A model generated the notes under the pieces. It was not told where the DNA came from and searched no databases. It saw only the letters and a program-made list of their open reading frames with translations. A DNA stretch of 64,000 nucleotides from Neophaeotheca triangularis (taxonomy: Eukaryota). The translations under genes and the position numbers were made by a program. Shown piece after piece: positions 59,845 through 64,000 of the stretch (position 1 is the stretch's first letter; each line of letters begins with the position of its first letter). The stretch spans positions 744,001 to 808,000 of the forward strand of contig BAAIJX010000004.1 of NCBI GenBank assembly GCA_054600435.1, in the 5' to 3' direction.

Positions 59845-61440
59845 ATGACCAAACCCAAGCGCGACGTCAAATTTAACCACCGCGAAGCCCGCCGACCCAG
59901 CCAACAAATCATGGCCGACGACAGCGACGACAACAACACGGCAACGACGGCCGGTACAGATCTCAGTCGGAACCGTAGCAACGGCGGCGCTAAGAGCACC
60001 ACCTACAGCAATGGCGGCGAGCACAAGTCACTGCGACCCTCACGCGACCGTACCGACACTGCAGCAACAGAAGGCTGGACCGACGACGAAAAGGCACCCG
60101 CCCCTCCGCCAGAACAATCCGCGTACCAAAAGAAAAAACAGACGTTCATAACCCGCGCCATCTGGACATTCGTCATGATTGGCATCTTCTTCGGCAGCAT
60201 GGCGGCCGGACACATCTACGTGATTATCATCGTGACGGCCGTGCAAATCATCTCGTTCAAGGAGGTCATTGCTATCTCAAATGTCCGGAGTCGCGCGAGC
60301 GGGCTGAGGTTCACGAAGACGCTGAATTGGTATTTTCTCGGCTCGACCATGTACTTCTTGTACGGCGAGAGCGTCATTTACTACTTCAAGCATATTGTGC
60401 TGATTGATCGCGTTCTGTTGCCTTTTGCAACGCACCATCGGTTTATCAGTTTCATGCTCTATGTCATGGGTGGGTTTAATCCACAAGTCACGCGAAAATT
60501 GCAAATACTGACTGTATGCAGGCTTCGTCTTCTTTGTCGGCTCGCTCCAAAAAGGCCATTACAAGTTCCAATTCACGCAATTTGCCTGGACGCACATGGC
60601 TCTGTACCTGATTGTCGTGCAAGCGCACTTTATCATGAACAACATCTTTGAGGGCATGATCTGGTTCTTCCTACCGGTCAGTTTGGTCATCACAAACGAC
60701 ATCTTCGCCTACGTCTGCGGTATCACTTTTGGTAGGACGCAGCTTATCAAGTTGAGCCCGAAGAAGACTGTAGAAGGCAAGTTCAAGCAAACCCTTCCTT
60801 CCCCTTCCCCCCCCTCTCCACACATCTCTCCCCCTAACACGTTCTCCTAGGCTTCGTCGGCGCTTGGCTCTGCACCATCCTCTTCGGCTTCTTTCTCACC
60901 AACCTCCTCATGCGGTACAAATACTTTATCTGCCCAGTGAACGACCTGGGTGCCAACTTCTGGACAGGTCTCTCCTGCGACCCCAACCCCGTCTTCATTC
61001 CGCACACCTACACCCTCCCCCTCCCGCCACTCCTCCAACCCTACCTCCCGACCACTCTCGCCATCTCGCCCATGCAATTTCACATTCTGATCATGGCATC
61101 CTTCGCCTCCCTCATTGCTCCCTTTGGCGGCTTCTTTGCCTCTGGTCTCAAACGCACATTCAACGTCAAAGACTTTGGCGATTCCATCCCAGGCCACGGC
61201 GGTATGACGGATCGCATGGACTGCCAGTTCATCATGGGCTTTTTCGCTTTCATGTATTACCAGTCATTCATCGCTGTCTATAAAGCTAGCGTCGGCAGTG
61301 TCATGGAGACTGCAATTATGAGTTTGTCCGCCGAAGAGCAGATGGAGGTTGTCAAGGGTTTAGCCAAACATTTGGTTAATCAGGGGCAGGTGGGCGAGGG
61401 GGTTTTGAGTTATTTGGGGGAGCAGATGGTTAGGAAGTAA
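59845..61440 (+). CDS. CDS1: Phosphatidate cytidylyltransferase (CDP-DAG synthase)
   Basis: Exons 59845-60469, 60522-60776, 60851-61440. [47 protein letters not shown]. Confidence 0.95.
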
Positions 61441-62461
61441 GGTGCTCGGATCTAGATGGGAACGGGGTGGTGGAGGGCAGGAGCGTAGGGGCGGGCGGGT
61501 GGTTTCAACACGACCATATGTTGATGGGGATTGTAGATGAGGTGGGCTTTTTTCCTTTCTTTCTTCGTAGCGGAATGGGCGCTTGGGTGGGTGGTGTCGG
61601 CCGGGCCACCCCGTAATTACTGTTCGATACCAAAAAAGGGCTCGGTCTGGATTGTGTGGATAGCGAAGAGAAAAGTACCAACTCTTAAGCTCCTACCCAT
61701 CTCTTGGTCCTCCCGGCACTTTCGCTCATTTCTCCTTTTATGCCGCAGATGCAGACGCCACGTTTCACAAGGGAGGCCTGTGCTTTTTGTGCCACCCACT
61801 CATTCACAGCGACGTCATTGTCCATCCTCTTCGCTGCTTACGTAAACAGCCTGGAGGCACCCACCCACCACCTTCAGGTGAGCAAGCTACCTTACCTTAA
61901 ACACACTGAGACAACCTTAAACCTACCCGACTACAGAACCTCACGTTGCATTTCTACCTTGACCACCGTATCCGATTCCTCCACTTATTCCACCCATTCC
62001 GCAGCTCACTCGACTGCGCCACGCCACCACTTGGACTCGCGAGCAGCCCGCAGGACTATAGGCAGCCTTGTCTCCGCCGTCCTTCCTTGTCGGCAGCAGC
62101 TTGATTGAGTCGGGAGCGGGAAGAGGATACCTTACCGGTCAAAGACAAAAGGAGCAAGTCACGGGACGCAAAGACGGACGGAAGCTTTTGATAAGCGGAT
62201 CGCGCTGCGCAGACTGGGCTGACTGGCTCGGGCCCGTTTGCTGGGTCAAGGTTGTGAAGAGGAGGGCTTTGCTTCTCGTCACTTCTGCCTGCTCAATACT
62301 CTGGAGACTGTGGAAGCTGAAGTGTCTTCGTTGTCTCGACTCAGCAAGCGCTTGTCGTGGTTGAACTCATAGCTACGCTGAGCGCTAGACCTTGCAACTC
62401 TCACGCTTTTGACCTACCAACCAACCAACGACATCCAACTTGACGACGACCTACCACAAAC

Positions 62462-64000
62462 ATGGCCGACGACCGCCGCTCCCGCTCGCCCCATCGCAGC
62501 GATCCTCCCTCTCCTCCCTCTCCTCCCGCTTCAGTCCCTCCAAACCGACCAAACAACTGCGAGATCATGTACTGCCATGAATGCGAAAACGAATGGTACC
62601 GCCAAGACAGCGGCCTCACTTGCCCAGAGTGTCGTTCAGATTTCACCGAAGTCATTGAAGATGGCAACGATCCGCGGGATCCACCGGAAGAGGTGCCGGA
62701 ACCGGGTTTAGCTTGGGAGGGGTTGAGAGGGCATAGGCCTTGGGGAGAGGAGGGTGGTGATGGTGATGGTGGTTTGCATTGGACACTCAATGGGCAGGGT
62801 GGGATGAGGGCGACTATTAGGAGGGATGTTACGCTTGGAGGAGATCAGCAGGGCCAGGGTCAGGGTCAGGGGTTTCTGGGTATGTTTACGCCTATGCTGC
62901 AGGGGTTGTTAGGGGCCGGGCAGCAGCAGGCTCAGCAGAGGACTCAGCAGCATCAGCATGAGGAGGGACTGGATGAAGGAGAAGACGGACAGCAGCAAGG
63001 TAGAGGAGGCGGGAGTACAACACACAGACACTTCAGCGGCCCGGGCTTCACCATGTCGTACACAACCACTACCAGCGGCGGCATGACACGTGGAGGCATG
63101 ATGGGCGGCGGTATGATGGGAGGTGGCGGCGAAATGAACAATCCCGGCCTCCAACCCCGCGATGCCAACAATCCACAACCTATGCAGGGCCAACCCGACG
63201 ACTTGCAAAACATCCTCAACCAAATGTTCATGAACATTGGCGCTGGACCCGGCGCGGACGGCCATCACCATCATCACCCTCACCACCAACATCCACCCTT
63301 TGCACACGGCGGTGGGGGGGGCGGCCCAGGCATGCCCTTCGGCAACCTCTTCCAGCTCCTCGGCCTCCCCGGCGGCGGCCCCCTCGGCGGCGGCCAAATG
63401 GGCGACGCCGTCTTCTCCCAAGAAGCCCTCGACCGCGTCATCTCGCAACTCATGGAACAGCATCAATCCGGCAACGCGCCGGGTCCGGCCTCTCGCACCG
63501 CCATCGACGCCCTTCATACCAAAACCCTCACCCCATCCGACCTTGATCCCGCAACGGGCAAAGCCGATTGCAGCATTTGCATGGAGGACGTCGAAGTTGG
63601 CGGCGAGGTCACCGTTCTGCCTTGCAAACATTGGTTCCATCGCGAGTGTGTCGCTGCTTGGCTGGGTGAGCATGATACTTGTCCACAGTGTCGGAGGGGG
63701 ATTATGGCGAAGACTGGTGAGGATGGGGAGGGCAGGGTCAGGGGTGAGGGTGAGGAGCCCAGGGTTGATATGAGTAATCCGCCTCCCTCTACTGCTGGTG
63801 CTGCGGGTGGGGCGGCGCAGGGTGGCATGGGCCAGGCTTCGCGCCAGGGTATGCCTGGTGGTATCCCCAATGAGGGATTTCCAGGACAGGGATACGGTCA
63901 GGCTACTGGCGATGCCGGCGCTGGAGGTGTTTTCGGCCGTATGAGGCAGGCTTTTGGCAATGGCGGTGGTAGTGGTGGTGCGGCTGGAGGAGCTTCAGGT
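62462..64000 (+). CDS. RING-H2 E3 ubiquitin ligase (RNF115/RNF126-like); runs off the window end
   Basis: Manual translation: N-terminal zinc ribbon YCHECENEW....LTCPECRSDFTE, GDAVFSQEALDRVISQLME, RING CSICMEDV....VTVLPCKHWFHRECVAAWLGEHDTCPQCR. Confidence 0.9.
   Translation, partial: MADDRRSRSPHRSDPPSPPSPPASVPPNRPNNCEIMYCHECENEWYRQDSGLTCPECRSDFTEVIEDGNDPRDPPEEVPEPGLAWEGLRGHRPWGEEGGDGDGGLHWTLNGQGGMRATIRRDVTLGGDQQGQGQGQGFLGMFTPMLQGLLGAGQQQAQQRTQQHQHEEGLDEGEDGQQQGRGGGSTTHRHFSGPGFTMSYTTTTSGGMTRGGMMGGGMMGGGGEMNNPGLQPRDANNPQPMQGQPDDLQNILNQMFMNIGAGPGADGHHHHHPHHQHPPFAHGGGGGGPGMPFGNLFQLLGLPGGGPLGGGQMGDAVFSQEALDRVISQLMEQHQSGNAPGPASRTAIDALHTKTLTPSDLDPATGKADCSICMEDVEVGGEVTVLPCKHWFHRECVAAWLGEHDTCPQCRRGIMAKTGEDGEGRVRGEGEEPRVDMSNPPPSTAGAAGGAAQGGMGQASRQGMPGGIPNEGFPGQGYGQATGDAGAGGVFGRMRQAFGNGGGSGGAAGGASG

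Overview
Eukaryotic, intron-containing DNA from a filamentous ascomycete (Pezizomycotina; GT/GC-AG introns with CTRAC branch points). The species cannot be determined from this window alone. About 25 protein-coding loci are recognisable. The two flanks carry mostly core genes: PLD, peroxisomal thiolase, PRS1, POM33 on the left; ENA P-type ATPase, PMS1, rhodanese, EAF7, YVC1, Rad26/ATRIP, CDS1 and a RING-H2 E3 on the right. Between them is an accessory-looking block (about 15-36 kb) with a BTB pseudogene, a small secreted Cys-rich protein, a divergent FAD monooxygenase / 2,3-dihydroxybenzoate decarboxylase pair, a partly decayed sulfur-scavenging trio (ASST pseudogene, arylsulfatase, MFS), IDO, a D-lactate dehydrogenase-like gene and a PTH11-like receptor. 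The best leads are: (1) a head-to-head metalloreductase plus His-brace BIM1/X325-like GPI protein sharing inverted CuRE-like sites, a candidate copper-acquisition module; (2) a candidate gene for the anthranilate-to-2,3-DHBA step next to the decarboxylase and near IDO; (3) a structured H/ACA-like RNA of about 230 nt inside the intron of an apparently non-coding host at about 10 kb; (4) three identical SreA-type GATA sites upstream of a siderophore transporter. All family assignments come from recognising motifs by eye; no searches were run.
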